Source: Callorhinchus milii
Lineage: Eukaryota
Length of the DNA stretch: 64,000 bases
NCBI RefSeq assembly: GCF_018977255.1
Contig: NW_024704744.1
Coordinates: 496,001 to 560,000, forward strand
Reading direction: 5' to 3'
Shown: positions 44,991 through 57,539 of the stretch, piece after piece
How the letters are laid out: each line of letters opens with the position of its first letter
Numbering within the stretch: the first letter of the stretch is position 1
The notes under the pieces: generated by a model
Databases searched by the model: none
What the model was told of the DNA's origin: nothing
Seen by the model: only the letters and a program-made list of their open reading frames with translations
Program-made: the position numbers and the translations under genes

Positions 44991-46373
44991 TTCCCCGCCT
45001 GCAGGCAGGGAGTGACCCTGTCCTGTCGCCTAGGCCGGGCGTGAGGATGTGCGGTAGCCTCGGCCGGGAAATATGTGAATGTATTTTTGCTCCAGTTACA
45101 GATGTGAGACATTACATTTTCAGGCTGTATATGTATATGGAGGGACTATTGTAATGAACTTGCATTTTTTCAGTGATTCTGTAAGTCTGGTTACCTAACA
45201 ACTGGCTGTTTATATTGGGGGGAAGCTTTGGTTCTTCCTTGTGACTGTTAAAAGGGCCGTGTGCACTCCCAGGGCTGACAGCCTGTGTACACTGCTCACT
45301 GACATAGATACACAGAGTTGTATGGAGTGACACAGCACAGGACCATTTGGCCCAACTTGTCTGTGCTTCTATTTGTGCTCTACACGAGCCCCGTTTCTCT
45401 CCTTTTCCTTTTCCCTTTATAGAATCATAGTAATTTTCAGCACAGAAGGAGGCCATTTGGCCCATTGAATTCCCACTGACTCTCAGACCAAGGTGTTCAT
45501 TCAATCACACTGTCCTGCTTTATCCCCACACCCCAGCAAGCCTCTACCCCTCATATACCCATCTATTTCCCTCTTGAAACCCACATTGCACTCTCCCTTA
45601 TTAGACAGGGCATTCCACATCCCAACAGCTCTCTGATGAAAATATTTCCCCTCAGCTCTTCTCTTATATATGTGACCTCTCATGACTGACTCCCCAACCA
45701 GTGGAAATAGCTTCTCTCTGTTCACCCTGTCCAAACCCATCAACATGTGGAGTCCTGTAGCTTAGGGGTGAGAGCACTCACCTTGCAAGCAAGAGGACCT
45801 GAGTTTGAGTCCTGGGCAGAGGGACATGTTAGGCAAATTTCCTTACTCCACACAGGTCTGTTTACCCAGCAGTAAGTAGGAACCCAGTTGTTAGTCGATT
45901 GGTGGATTGCTTTCCGGGGTAATAATCCCTTCAAAAATAAATTAAAAAGTAATAATTTGTTTCACTCAATCCACGACTGTTTGTGGGACACTGCTGTGCG
46001 CAATTGACTGCTGCGTTTTACCCACAAAATATACAGTCAATTCACTTTACAGTATCTGTGAAGCGCTTTGAGATGTCTCAAAGATGTGATTAAGCGCTAT
46101 ATCAAAGCAAGCATTATTATTATCATCAATGCATACGTCGTGCCTGTCAAGAGGTCCAGCTCAATGGCTGATGAGGAATTGAGAGGCTGACATTTTGGTG
46201 TGAGTCCCTCTGGTGTGTCTGTGGCTCAATCTCTCATGCTCTCACTCTCCATGTGATTAATGTTCTGTTTGTAATGTGCTTTATTTTTTAAAAGTGTTTT
46301 ATATAAAATCTTAGCCATAAAAGAAAAATACACTGCTTATTATTTGACAAATCATAATTATTTTGGGGTTCAG

Positions 46374-46429
46374 CCCGGAGTTTGATACATGTGGAGTACC
46401 ATCACCGTGCTCAAGAGCATCCAGAACAG
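46374..46429 (+). other. Candidate coding exon downstream of the ZNF395-like stop (phase 2-1)
   Basis: ggttcAG|c-ccg-gag-ttt...aga-aca-g|GTATGT; reads PEFDTCGVPSPCSRASRT. Confidence 0.4.
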
Positions 46430-47497
46430 GTATGTAATGATCAATTCACTTTACAGTGTATTCTGTGATATGGCTGTGTATCAAATTCAAGGATTATTAT
46501 TATGTCACCTACACCTGGGAATTCCTGTGTCGGGAATAGAATGTGTTCATTTTCTCCCCCCATTGAGATCACTGTGCCAAGCTTCCCTGCTTCTAGTCCA
46601 GCTAGCACCATTGGGGCTTTGGCTTGCAGGGTTAAGAGGAGCGGAGTGAGATGACCTACAAGGCCATTCATGGCCTTTTCCCTCCTACCTCTCTGACCTA
46701 CTATCGCCCTACCTACCTGCCCGTACCCTCCATTCCTCTGGCTCCGGTCTGCTCCACATCCCCCGCCCCAACCGCCCTACCATCGGTGGCCGGGCTCTCA
46801 GCCCCAAGGCTCTGGAACTCTATCCCCCAGTGCCTTTGCCACTTCCTCCCTTTCCTCCTTCAAGGCCGGTCTCAAGACCTTTCTCTTTGACCGAGCCTTC
46901 GGCTCCCCTCTCGACTCTCTACCCCCTCCTCGGTCCCTCCCTTCCCTCCGACCATTTCCCCCCAACGCTCGGGTCCTGACCCAACTTTACAGCGACTTGG
47001 GACGTCCTCCCGACGTGAAAGGCGCTCTATAAATGGAATGTTGTTGTTGTTGTTGTTGATGACTCAAGTGACTGGACTGCTCTTCCAGGTCCTGCGGATG
47101 AGCTGGGCTGTGCTGTCATCAGCAATGCCCTGGAATAATGTAGACCTGCCTGGCTTGGGTACCGGACTAAAAAACGAGGGAGAATTTGATTCCGACATTC
47201 TGTTGGCAAACATATCATTTTTGATCCAGTTCAAATACAAGGGTATTGTAAAAGGCCTGTGTTTATGTGTCACTGAAGCTGCTGAAATCAAGGGGTGTAT
47301 GATTCCTGGCCCATGTTGGCCTCCACCTTTTTGAATCCAACCCCAGCTCGGTTACAAACCCTCAACTGTCCAGCAGCTTCCTGATGGGGAAGGTGCTATA
47401 TAAGTGCAATGTGATTGTGTAATCACAGCAATGTAATGTAATTGGAGATTAAAAATCAGTTGAAGAGAATTTAAATCTGTCTCTCAATATTTCTCAG

Positions 47498-47529
47498 GCA
47501 CCTTTCTTGAGGAAGAGACAACCTTTCAT
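47498..47529 (+). other. Candidate 32-nt micro-exon (phase 1-0)
   Basis: ctctcaatatttctcAG|(G)TFLEEETTFH|GTAAGC; both splice sites are strong. Confidence 0.4.
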
Positions 47530-47769
47530 GTAAGCAGGCAAACAAATCAAATTGGCAGTTAGTCACAGGCCAGGTGGTGGGGATCAGTACATTTGCTGAC
47601 TTTAAAACTAGTTGTGTCTGAGGCCTATGTAAAGGGGAAGACTTGCGAGTGCCACACTAGCACACCCCAGGAGAGCGAGTGAGGACATAACAGAGTGGGA
47701 ATTCTGTGCAGGAATTTGGTGAGAGTGGGAATTCTGAGCAGGAATTAAGGGGACAGTGGCAGTTTGGAT

Positions 47770-48320
47770 TAAGAACTGGTAGTAAATAGTTGAGGACTGT
47801 AACCAACTGCAGGCAGACACACACAGAATGGTGGAATGGGCTGACATGTGGCAGATGGATTTCAATGTGGATAAGTGTGAGGTGATACACTTAGGGAGGA
47901 AAAATGATAGGAGGCAACATAGACTTGGAGCTCAATCTTAAGGGGGGTGAACGTACAGAGAGATCTGGGTGTTCAAGTAAGCGAATCATTAAAGGTAGTG
48001 GGGCAGGTAGATAGGGCAGTAAAAAGGGCATTTGGTGTCCTGAGCTTCATTAGTAGGGCATAGAGTATAAGAGTAGGGGTTATGGTTAATCTGTACAGAA
48101 CACTGGTTAGGCCTCAGCTGGAGTACTGCGTCCAGTTCTGGACACCGTACCTCAGGAAGGACATTAAGGCACTGGAAAGGGTACAGAGGAGATTCACGAG
48201 AATGATACCAGGAATGGGGAACCTTAGCTATGAGGACAGTGGAGAAGTTAGGACTTTTCCCATTAGAGCAGAGAAGGTTACGCGGGGACCTGATAGAGGT
48301 CTTCAAGATCATGAAAGATC
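47770..48320 (+). mobile_element. CR1 LINE fragment
   Basis: [42 protein letters not shown] and LGLFPLEQRRLRGDLIEVFKIM. Confidence 0.9.
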
Positions 48321-48589
48321 ATCACACGGGAAGCGGCGGCAGTACAGCGCGGGGAGGAGCCTGGGCCTACCTTTCAGGTAATATAAAGCTCGAGGCGGCA
48401 GGGAGTTCAGCTCGGGGGTGAGGGGGTGTGTTGGGGTGGGGGTGGGGCGGAGCAGGGGAACTGCTGACGTGATAGTTCAGATTCAGGAGTGTACACGCAC
48501 AAAAACAAAAACAAGGAAACAAAACTAAAAAAGACCTTCTGCGCCCCCCCCCCTCCCCCCCCACCCAGGGCTCACACCAGGACAATCTT

Positions 48590-50130
48590 GTTGTTGCTGC
48601 TGTTGTTGAAGGGGGGTGGCCGATGGCATCGTCAAAGAGAAGAGTATTGAGGCGGGACTTGAAGGAGGCTAAGGAGGGTGCGAGGCGGAGTGATTGGGGG
48701 ATGGAATTCCAGAGGTTTGGGGCAGAGTGGCTGAAGTCTCTTCCGCTAATGGTGGGGCGGGAGGGTCGGGGGACATGGAGCAGCCAGAGCCGGCTGCGTG
48801 AAGGGAGCGGGCAGGTTGGTAGGGGGTTAGGAGGTCGCAGAGATAGGGTGGGGTGAGGCCATGGAGGGCTTTGTATGTGAGGACCAGGATCCTGAACTGG
48901 ATCCTCTGAAGGAGAGGGAGCCAATGGAGTCAGGTAAGAATGGGGGAGATGGGGTCACGGAGTTTGGTGCAGGAGAGGAAACGTAGTGTATAGTGTCTGG
49001 ATATTTTTGGCCGAAACGCGGAAGCCAATTGCACAGCAATTTCTTACCAACAGTCAAATTATTTTTATTGATTTGGAAGTATTCATTATCATATCATTAT
49101 TCACTTTAAATTTGATGGTGTTGCACAAAATTAGGAAAGGCTCCAATTATGTTCACTATAAATGGGTTCTGATTGCTGGGTGTGGGATGATGCACGACTG
49201 CAAGGCTCAGTATCAACAACAACAACAACAACAGGATTCCATTTATAAAGCGCCTTTCACGTCAGGAGGACGTCCCAAGGCGCTGCACAGTTGGATCATG
49301 ACCCGAGCAGGGGGGAAATGGTCAGGGTGAGGGGAGGAAAGGGAGGGAGCGAGGAGGGGGGAAATGGTCAGGGTGAGGGGAGGGAAGGGAGGGAGCGAGG
49401 AGGGGGAAGAGAGTCGAGAGGGGAGCTGAAGGCTCGGTCAAAGAGAAAGGTTTTGAGACCGGCCTTGAAGGAGGAAAGGGAGGAAGCGGCGAAGGCACTG
49501 GGGGATAGAGTTCCAGAGCCTCGGGGTTGAGAGGCTGAAGGCCCGGCCACCAATGGTAGGGCGATTGGGGCGGGGGACATGGAGCAGACCGGAGCCGGAG
49601 GAACGGAGGGTACGAGCAGGTAGGTAGGGGGATAGTAGGTTGGAGAGGTAGGAGGGAGCGAGGCCGTGAATGGCCTTGTAGGTGAGGATGAGGATCTTGA
49701 AATCAATCCTCTGGGGGATGGGGAGCCAGTGGAGGTGAGGCGAGGGCGAGGGTGAGGGCGAGGGTGAGGGCGAGGGTGGGAGTGAGGGCGAGGGTGGGGG
49801 TGATGTGGTCGCGGTGTCTGGTGCGGGACAGTACACGAGCTGCAGAGTTCTGAATGACCTGCAGTGTGGAGGGAGGGCCGGGAAGGCCGGCGAGGAGAGA
49901 GTTCCCATAGTCCGGCCTTGAGGTGGTAAAGGCGTGGACCAGTTTCAGCCGCGTGAGGGTTGAGGTAGTGCCGTAGTCTGGCGATGTTCTGGAGGTGATG
50001 GAAGGCGGTGCCAGTTGTGGTGCGGATGTGAGGGAGAAAGGACAGCTCAGGGTCGAACAAAACGCCGAGGTTCCTGATGGCTTTGAGAGGTGGAGAGTGC
50101 AGCCTTGGATGCTGATGGTGTCGGCGCCTG
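48590..50130 (-). mobile_element. L2 LINE 3' fragments (48590-48985 and 49215-50130)
   Basis: RNLGVLFDPELSFLPHIRTTTGTAFHHLQNIARLRHYL and HWLPIPQRIDFKILILTYKAIHGLAPSYL. Confidence 0.9.
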
Positions 50131-51209
50131 TCACTGTCTATCTCAAGAGGGCTGGTATACAAAGATTCTTCAGGTCTATAGAGCCCTGGTGAGTCCCCAT
50201 CTGGAGTACTCTGTTCAGTTTTGGACACTATACCTTTGAAAATATATATTGCCCTGGAGGGGGGCAGCACAGAATTGCCATAATGATAACAGGGTGTAAA
50301 GGATTATCATATTAGGATTTGTTGCACAAACTTGATCTACATTCTCTTCAGTTGAGAAGTTTGAGTTGTGATCTGATTGAGGTGTTTAAAATAATAAACT
50401 GATTCATTAATAATAAAGGGATTCGGAAAGGTAGCTACAGAGAAACTATTTCCTCCGGCAGGGGAATCCAGTACAGTGGGGCATAATCTTAAAGTTATAT
50501 CTAGGTGTTTTAGGAGTGAAATTAGGAAGAATTTTTTTTACACAAACGGTAGAGGAAATTTGAAAACTCGGTAATTGAAGTTGAGGTGCAGATTAGGTGT
50601 GATCCAATAATATGGACTTCTCCTTTTCCTACATTCCCATGTTCTACGGTAGGAAAATCACTCCTCCACTCTCTGTGCAAATGACTGTATGAGGGTAAGT
50701 AACAGGCTTTTCTAATGAATTGGGAGGTTGGGTGCCTGAGGTTGGAGAATGGGTGCAATGGAAATGATTGATGAAAAAGGGAAATCCCTTGGGCCCGAGG
50801 TTCCAACCCGTCCTCAAGTGCGAAAGCGTCTTAACCCAATAACAGTTGGTATCGTGTGTCTGTCTGTTGGTCGATCCATCTGTCCGTCTATCTATCTACC
50901 AATGAAGACAATGTCTGTCTGTGCTTCCAGAAGGGTATCAATAACCAATTGACATAGAGACGTGATTTGTAATATAATAATAATAATCCTTGCATTTGAT
51001 ATAGCATCTGATCACATCTTCGAGACGTCGCAAAGCATTTCACAGAATATACTGTAAAGTGAATTGACTGTGTATTTGTGGGCTTTATATTTATATTTGA
51101 AGATGGATACCTCTTGGGAAAGGTCATTCCACTGGGAGTGAAATGACTATGTTTGTTGTTAGGGATATCCTCTCATTCACGAGTTATTTTCAATTTTGTT
51201 TCTTTTGAT

Positions 51210-51312
51210 GCAGTGACACCTGATGGCCACCAAGTCCCAGTGGCGCTATGGCACAGTGTGTCCCAGAGCAGCGCTGTATGTGCGCACACACTGCAGTGAC
51301 ACCTGGTGGCCA
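51210..51312 (-). promoter_or_regulatory. Pair of CTCF-like motifs
   Basis: Minus strand TGGCCATCAGGTGTCACTGC (51210-51229) and TGGCCACCAGGTGTCACTGC (51293-51312), in a CpG-rich unique patch. Confidence 0.45.
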
Positions 51313-51781
51313 CGCCGGTTGACCGCGGCGCTGTGGCGTCCTGCGGCACAGAGCACACATGTAGCCGAGCGGGGGAACAAAATAAAGAGCACAAATGAAG
51401 CTAAGCCCTGGCAACAACAACAACCTCACATTTTGAAAGCGTCGAGTTCTCCCAATGGTCCTCCCAAAAGGAGTCCTCCCAAATGAGTGTATATAACGAT
51501 GAACCGTCTGTCTGTGTGTCTGTTTGTTTGTCAACCTACATTCCATATTGTACCCTTTGGTTGCAAGTGTAGCTGCTACGCTCCCTCCCCTCACCCTGAC
51601 CATGTCCTCCCTGCTCGGGTCCCGACCCAACTGTCCAGCGCCTTGGGACGTCCTCCCGACGTGAAACACACTCTATAAATGCAATCTTGTTGTTGTTGTT
51701 GTGGTACAGCTGGATAGAGATAAACAGGCGGTGATCACAGTGGCTCTGGACCAACTCAATACACGACCGTCTCCATTCCAG

Positions 51782-51889
51782 TCCAAGAAGAGTGAGCATC
51801 AGACTGCGGATAGTGAGTCCTTGGAGAATGGCCGAGTGAGACAGGAGGAAAGAGCAACGTCTGCCTATACTGATAATAAATCAATTTAA
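51782..51889 (+). other. Candidate terminal coding exon (phase 0)
   Basis: tctccattccAG|SKKSEHQTADSESLENGRVRQEERATSAYTDNKSI*; AATAAA just before the stop and again near 52139. Confidence 0.35.
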
Positions 51890-53039
51890 CGTCAGCCATT
51901 GCCATAATAGGAGCACTGATACCAATGGCGGCTCACAGAGCCTTCACAGTAAACACACATTGGAAAGGATGGTAGAACCTGTGGAACATATTTTCTACAG
52001 TGATGCTTCTTTACAGCGCTGTGGTACAGATTTGTACCCTCCACATGAGAAGGATGTTGTGATCTCATTGCCAAATGGATCATGTTGCTCTTTCCTCTCC
52101 TGCAAATTATTTTTCCTTTGAGTAGGAAACAATATACAATAAATAAATCCAAATATTTAGTGTGGTGTTCACCCTTTGAATGAAATTATGATTTTAGAAT
52201 GAATTTTCTCTGCACTCACAGAAGTTACGGTGATGAAAGCAGCTTTACAGTTGGAAAAGATGAATGAATCTGCACGATATATTTGTTCCTATCATTATGA
52301 TGAATTAATGCTGTTGTCATTTGATGAGTTGTTGACACAAAACTGAATTAATAATTCTATGCAAAGCTAATCACCCAAAAATACATAGATAGACACACAA
52401 TGAGCGGTGAAGGCTGAGGTATGAACACATCAGATGTCTGGCTCCTCTGCCTGTCCACTCTGCCTCACTGAGCCAATGTGCCAACTTGTTGATTTTGTTG
52501 ATTGCTCGATAAGGAAACCAGTTAAGAAATACCATAAAGCGTAAAACAGTTGTTAGCAATGGCAAAGCTGACACAGCTACAATAAGCACAAATATAAACT
52601 GATTTATAATCACAGAAATTTAAGGCAATCACAAAAAGAATCAAAGGGCCAATGATAAATTGATTTGACGGAAAGTAGTTGGAGTGTGGACTTTTCTGTG
52701 ACAAACTATGGTTGAAGCAGAGTCCAACAATTATTTTCATTCACTACATCATGAAGTGAAGGAACACTAAAGGGTATTGGGGAGCAAACAGGGGAGTGGG
52801 ATTAGTTAGACAAGGCGGCTCATTGGAGAATCATACCAGCAGAGTTGAGGGCCAAACAGCCGGTTCCTGTCTGTAATATTCTGTGATTCTATGATAAGGT
52901 AGTGCCAGTGATGCTGGATACATAATCAGTGTACAAATATCATCCAACCCACATTCACATAAGTCTAGAGGGCATTGAGGAAACATCAGTCTTTCTCCAT
53001 TGCCATGAAGTGTTGATTCCTGGCACCAAGTCGATAACA

Positions 53040-53600
53040 TATCATGTGGGAGTCATGTCTTTGATAGGGTAGCTACAGAGAAACTAGTTCTGCTGGGGCA
53101 TCCCGAACAAGTGGCATAATCTCAAAATTGGCTTTGGTTGTGGAAATCTTTCTACTTCTTCCACTGTTGGGTCCCCAATGACAACTGCCATGACACTCTT
53201 ATTTGTGGCCCCCTGTGCATTAATTTGCTTTTGACTCCAGCTTTTGAGGGGTGTCATCACCTCGCCAGTATTCAGCACAGACAACCGGTTTCAGTGGATT
53301 TCTGTACTGCAGTCCCTTCTCCGTACCATGCCGGATGGTCACCCACTAATTCACCTTCCGAACCCTCTGTGGCTCTGTGGTGACCACCTCCTGAAATTGT
53401 TGATCCATGAACTTTTCAGCCTCTCGTATGCTATGTAGTTACTCCAGCCTCTCCTCGAAATCTTAAGCTCAAGCTTGAGCAGCCGGAAGAACTTCCTACA
53501 CACGTTTGTCCTGAACATGAAGTATCCTGGAGTTCCCACGTGGCACACATTATGCATGCAAACCAGTCTTAGCTGTCCTACAATATTCCCAGACATGTTT
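53040..53600 (-). mobile_element. CR1 LINE ORF1 fragment (zipper and esterase-like start)
   Basis: Degenerate DFEERLE*LHSIREAEKFMDQQFQEVVTTE...WVTIRHG, followed by VVIGDPTV, resembling the CR1 ORF1 VVIGDSIVRG motif. Confidence 0.65.
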
Positions 53601-54019
53601 TCTTAATATATATTTTATAATTATGCACCTCTTTTCCTCTCTGCACTGAATTCTCACTCTTACCAAATTCATAGATTCATAAAATGTTACGGCACAGAAG
53701 GAGGCCATTCGGCCCATCGAGTCTGTGCGGCTCTTTGACAGAGCGTCACTCTCACTGACCCCAATCACCAGCTTTCTCCCCATAACCCCACAAACCCGTC
53801 TTCCCCGATACCTGTCCAGTTCTCTCTTAAAAGTTGTTATCGAATCGGACTTCACTGCCCTTTCAGGAGATCATTCCAAATTCCAACAACTCACTGAGTG
53901 AAAACATTTCTTCTAACCTCCCCTCTGCTTCTTTTGGTAGATTTCATCAGACTGTGACCGTGGGTCACAGACACACCGACCAGCGGAAACAGCTTGTCCT
54001 TATCTCGCCTGTCGAAACC

Positions 54020-54850
54020 TTTCAACAACAACAACAGCAGCGCCTTGGGACGTCCTCCTTGGGAAGACGTCCCAAGGCGCTGGACAGTTGCGTCGGGACC
54101 CACGGAGGGGGGAACTGGTCAGGGTGAGGGGAGTGAAGAGAGGGAGCGAGGAGCGGGTAGAGAGTCGAGAGGGGAGGTGAAGGCACAGTTGAAGAGAAAG
54201 GTCTTGATACCGGCCTTAAAGGAGGAAAGGGAGGAAGCGGCGAAGGCACTGGGGATGAAGTTCCAGAGCCTCGGGGCTGAGAGGCTGAAGGCCCGGCCAC
54301 CGATGGTAGGGCGGTTGGGGCGGGGGATGTGGAGCAGACCGGAGCCAGAGGAACGGAGGGTACGGGCAGGTAGGTAGGGGGATAGTAGGTCGGAGAGGTA
54401 GGAGGGAGCGAGGCCGTGAATGGCCTTGTAGGTGAGGGTGAGGATCTTGAATTCGATCCTCTGGGGGATGGGGAGCAGTGGAGCGAGCGAGGGCGAGGGC
54501 GAGGGCGAGGGTGGGAGTGATGTGGGCGCGGTGTCTGGTGCGGGACAGTACACGAGCTGCAGAGTTCTGAATGACCTGCAGTGTGGAGGGAGGTGGCGGG
54601 AAGGCCGGCGAGGAGAGAGTTCCCATAGTCCAGCCTTGAGGTGATGAAGGCGTGAACCAGGGTTTCAGCCGCGTGAGGGGTGAGGTAGTGCCGTAGTCTA
54701 GCGAAGTTCCGGAGGTGATGGAAGGCGGTACCAGTTGTGACGCGGATATAAGGGAGAAAGGACAGCTCAGGGTCGAACAGAACGCCGAGGTTCCTGACCG
54801 GCATTGAGAGGTGGAGAGTGCAGCCTTGGATGCTGATGCTGTCAGTATCC
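54020..54850 (-). mobile_element. L2 LINE 3' fragment
   Basis: VRNLGVLFDPELSFLPYIRVTTGTAFHHLRNFARLRHYL...[17 protein letters not shown]. Confidence 0.9.
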
Positions 54851-56150
54851 TTCCCCTCCCCTCTTTTCGTCTCATCTTCCCTGTGGATCAAATCCTTTTA
54901 TAATTTTAAATGTCTCTATCAGGTCCACTCTTAAACGTCTTTTGCATTGCGATAAATGACCCGACCAATGCAGTCTGTTCTGCATGAAGACGCTCTATAA
55001 ATGCAAGTGGTTGGTTTTGTTGATATCAGTTATCTCCGTGGCATCATCCTAGGAACAACTGCTGTACACTTTCCATTGCTCTTTATCCTTCTTATTGTGT
55101 GGTGACCAGATGTGGCCTAACCGAGGTTTGTGTAAATTGAACATCACCTCCTCACTTTCATACTCGCTCTGTATTTAAAGCCCACCACCACATTGGGTTT
55201 TTAATAGCTATATCTACCTGCAGAGCTACTATAAAGTATAACTATTCAAAAATTTCTGGCCCTAAATCCCCACAATTCTTTGCACGGAATTCACGGAATT
55301 GAACCCGGGTCCTCTTGCTTGCGAGGCCGGTGTCCAACCACTATGATGTGGGACTCCACATCCCATAACAAGTTGTTTAGGGCACTCGTCTCACAAGCGA
55401 GAGCATCTGGGATCTAATTCTGGATAGAGCAAAACCGTAGGCAAGTTTCCTCTCTCCGTGTGCCTCTGTTTAGGAACCTGGTCCCTAAAGGCATCGCTGA
55501 CAGCACCACCATCCATGGTTACACTATCTGCCTTATTAAGCCAATCCGGAACCATGGCAACTTGTTTGACCCTCAAGGTACTTACCTTCCAAGCCCTCCA
55601 TAGCCTTGCTCCCCACTACCTCTTCGACCTTCTAAATCCCTATCATCCTGCCCACTCCCTCAGCTCAAGGCTCTCCGGCCTGCTTAACGTCCCCCGCCTT
55701 GCCTTCACCACCAGTGCATGCGGGCCTTCCGCCATTTTCCCACCCTCTGGAGCTCCATCACGCAGTCCCTCACTTGCCTCCTTCAAGACTCATCTCAAGA
55801 GACCCTTCTTCCCCCACTACCCACCACTCTCCTAAATGCCGACCTCCAGCTCGTGTCCGAAACTCTGACTCTTGTTGAATTCCCTGCTGGAAACTATAGT
55901 TCAAACAAAAAACATGCAGGTGTTTAAGAGGAAACTTGCTGCACACATGATGGGGAGGAGGAGAGAGCCATGTAGGTGGGGTTGAGACTTATGTGGAGTA
56001 CAAGCAATGGCATGGACCAGTTTTGACGAATCACCTGTTTTGGTGTGTTATCATTCCATATATTTCTCCTTAAATTGTATCAGATATTGAAATGTACTTG
56101 ATGAGGTACCGTTATTTTATTTGGACTTCATTATTTTGCTACGCTCTTAC

Positions 56151-56285
56151 CTGAGGTCAGCTTCCAAATGCCACGTGTTTGATGCATTGTTAGGATGACA
56201 CACACATCTATTTTTCCTCCTCTTGTCTCGACCCGTGTCCTACTGATGTTCTGACTGTCTGCTTGTGAAACATCAAGGTCTGCCG
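56151..56285 (-). other. Orphan exon candidate (135 nt, phase 1-1)
   Basis: Minus strand ctatgttgcctatgctcAG|...ADLDVSQADSQNISRTRVETRGGKIDVCVILTMHQTRGIWKLTS|GTAAGA; open only in this frame. Confidence 0.3.
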
Positions 56286-57453
56286 CTGAGCATAGGCAAC
56301 ATAGACAAGGCACAAACCATTTCTACCCACTGCCTTTGCTCTACAGCCTCAGTGTTTTTTTCCAAATCCCTCATTCCCACCACTCTGTCATTGGCGATTG
56401 TATTTTCCAACATTATGACACCAAACTCTGGAACTCGCTGCGTCAATCCCTACATCTTGCCATCTTTTTGATTATGTTCAAGTCACACAATTAGACTTTT
56501 ATCTCTTCGAACATGCCTTTGGTCACTTCCCTTCTCTTTCCAGCGTTGCATCAAACTACACCACTGCCAAGTGGTCCAAGAGAAGTGAAGGTTACTATAT
56601 AAGGTAAGTTGTTGTTGAGGTGTCAGCCTTCCTCAGTAGCAAGCACTCTCACCTCTGAGGCAGAAGGTTATGGGTTCAAGACCCACATCAAGAAATGGAG
56701 CTTATATAGTCCTTACTGACACTCCAAATGCAATGCTGGTGATTTACTCCATTGTCAGAGACATTAAACCGAGATTCTGTCGACCTGTTGAGGCGCATGT
56801 AAAAACTCCTGGGGCACTATTCAAAAAGAGAAGGGAGTTTTATCCTGTGTCCTGGTCAACAATTACACAACTAACTCAGTGATTAAATCAATGGGTGTTC
56901 GTTGAACTTCACTGTGTGCAAATTTGCTGCCACATTTGCTCACAAAATGTACAGTCATTACACTTTTCAGTAAATGCTGTGAAGCGCTTTGAGACGTCTC
57001 GCTGACCTCTTTTGGAGCTAACTATTCTAAAGCTGGAAATTCAACTCCGCGATTGCTTAACTACATTCAAAACCAGAGATTTTCAGATGCCAATTTCAGG
57101 ATAGTTTGCATCCACTAACTTCTTGTCTACATATCAGCCTTACTCTATCCTTTTAGGAGTTCATATAATTACCCATAATACCAATAATTGTTCCAATTGA
57201 TATACAATAGGGACCTTATCACATTGTCAAGACATTTCAAAGCGCATCAAGCAACATACTGTAAAGTGATGAGGTGTTTGTGTGGATTGGGTGTAAACGT
57301 CGCATCCGATATTTGCACATATACACATAGATAATTTCAGTCATTTTGATGTCGTAAAACTAGTGCTTTTCAAATGTTATCTGTGATGTCCCCCTTCAGA
57401 GCTGAATGTCCCATGCTCATCACCACCTTTTTGAATGTAACATATTCACGCAG

Positions 57454-57539
57454 AAGGCACGGGTTTGTCTTCCTATTGGTATCTTGTTCCTGGGCTGGTT
57501 TGTGACCAATATTTCAGTCGGAGGGTACCGGCCAAAACA
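57454..57539 (+). other. Hydrophobic 86-nt exon-like segment, copy 1
   Basis: cacgcAG|KARVCLPIGILFLGWFVTNISVGGYRPK|GTACTT; paralogous to 60034-60119. Confidence 0.4.

Noticed and set aside
48366-48379. cctacctttcaggt shared with the acceptor at 19089-19102
   Set aside because: The 14-nt match does not extend into either flank and is consistent with chance similarity to splice consensus.
52371-52740. Two overlapping hydrophobic minus-strand ORFs suggesting a multi-pass membrane protein
   Set aside because: The DNA is AT-rich, a frameshift would be needed, no family motif is recognisable and there is no convincing exon chain. It remains unexplained unique sequence.
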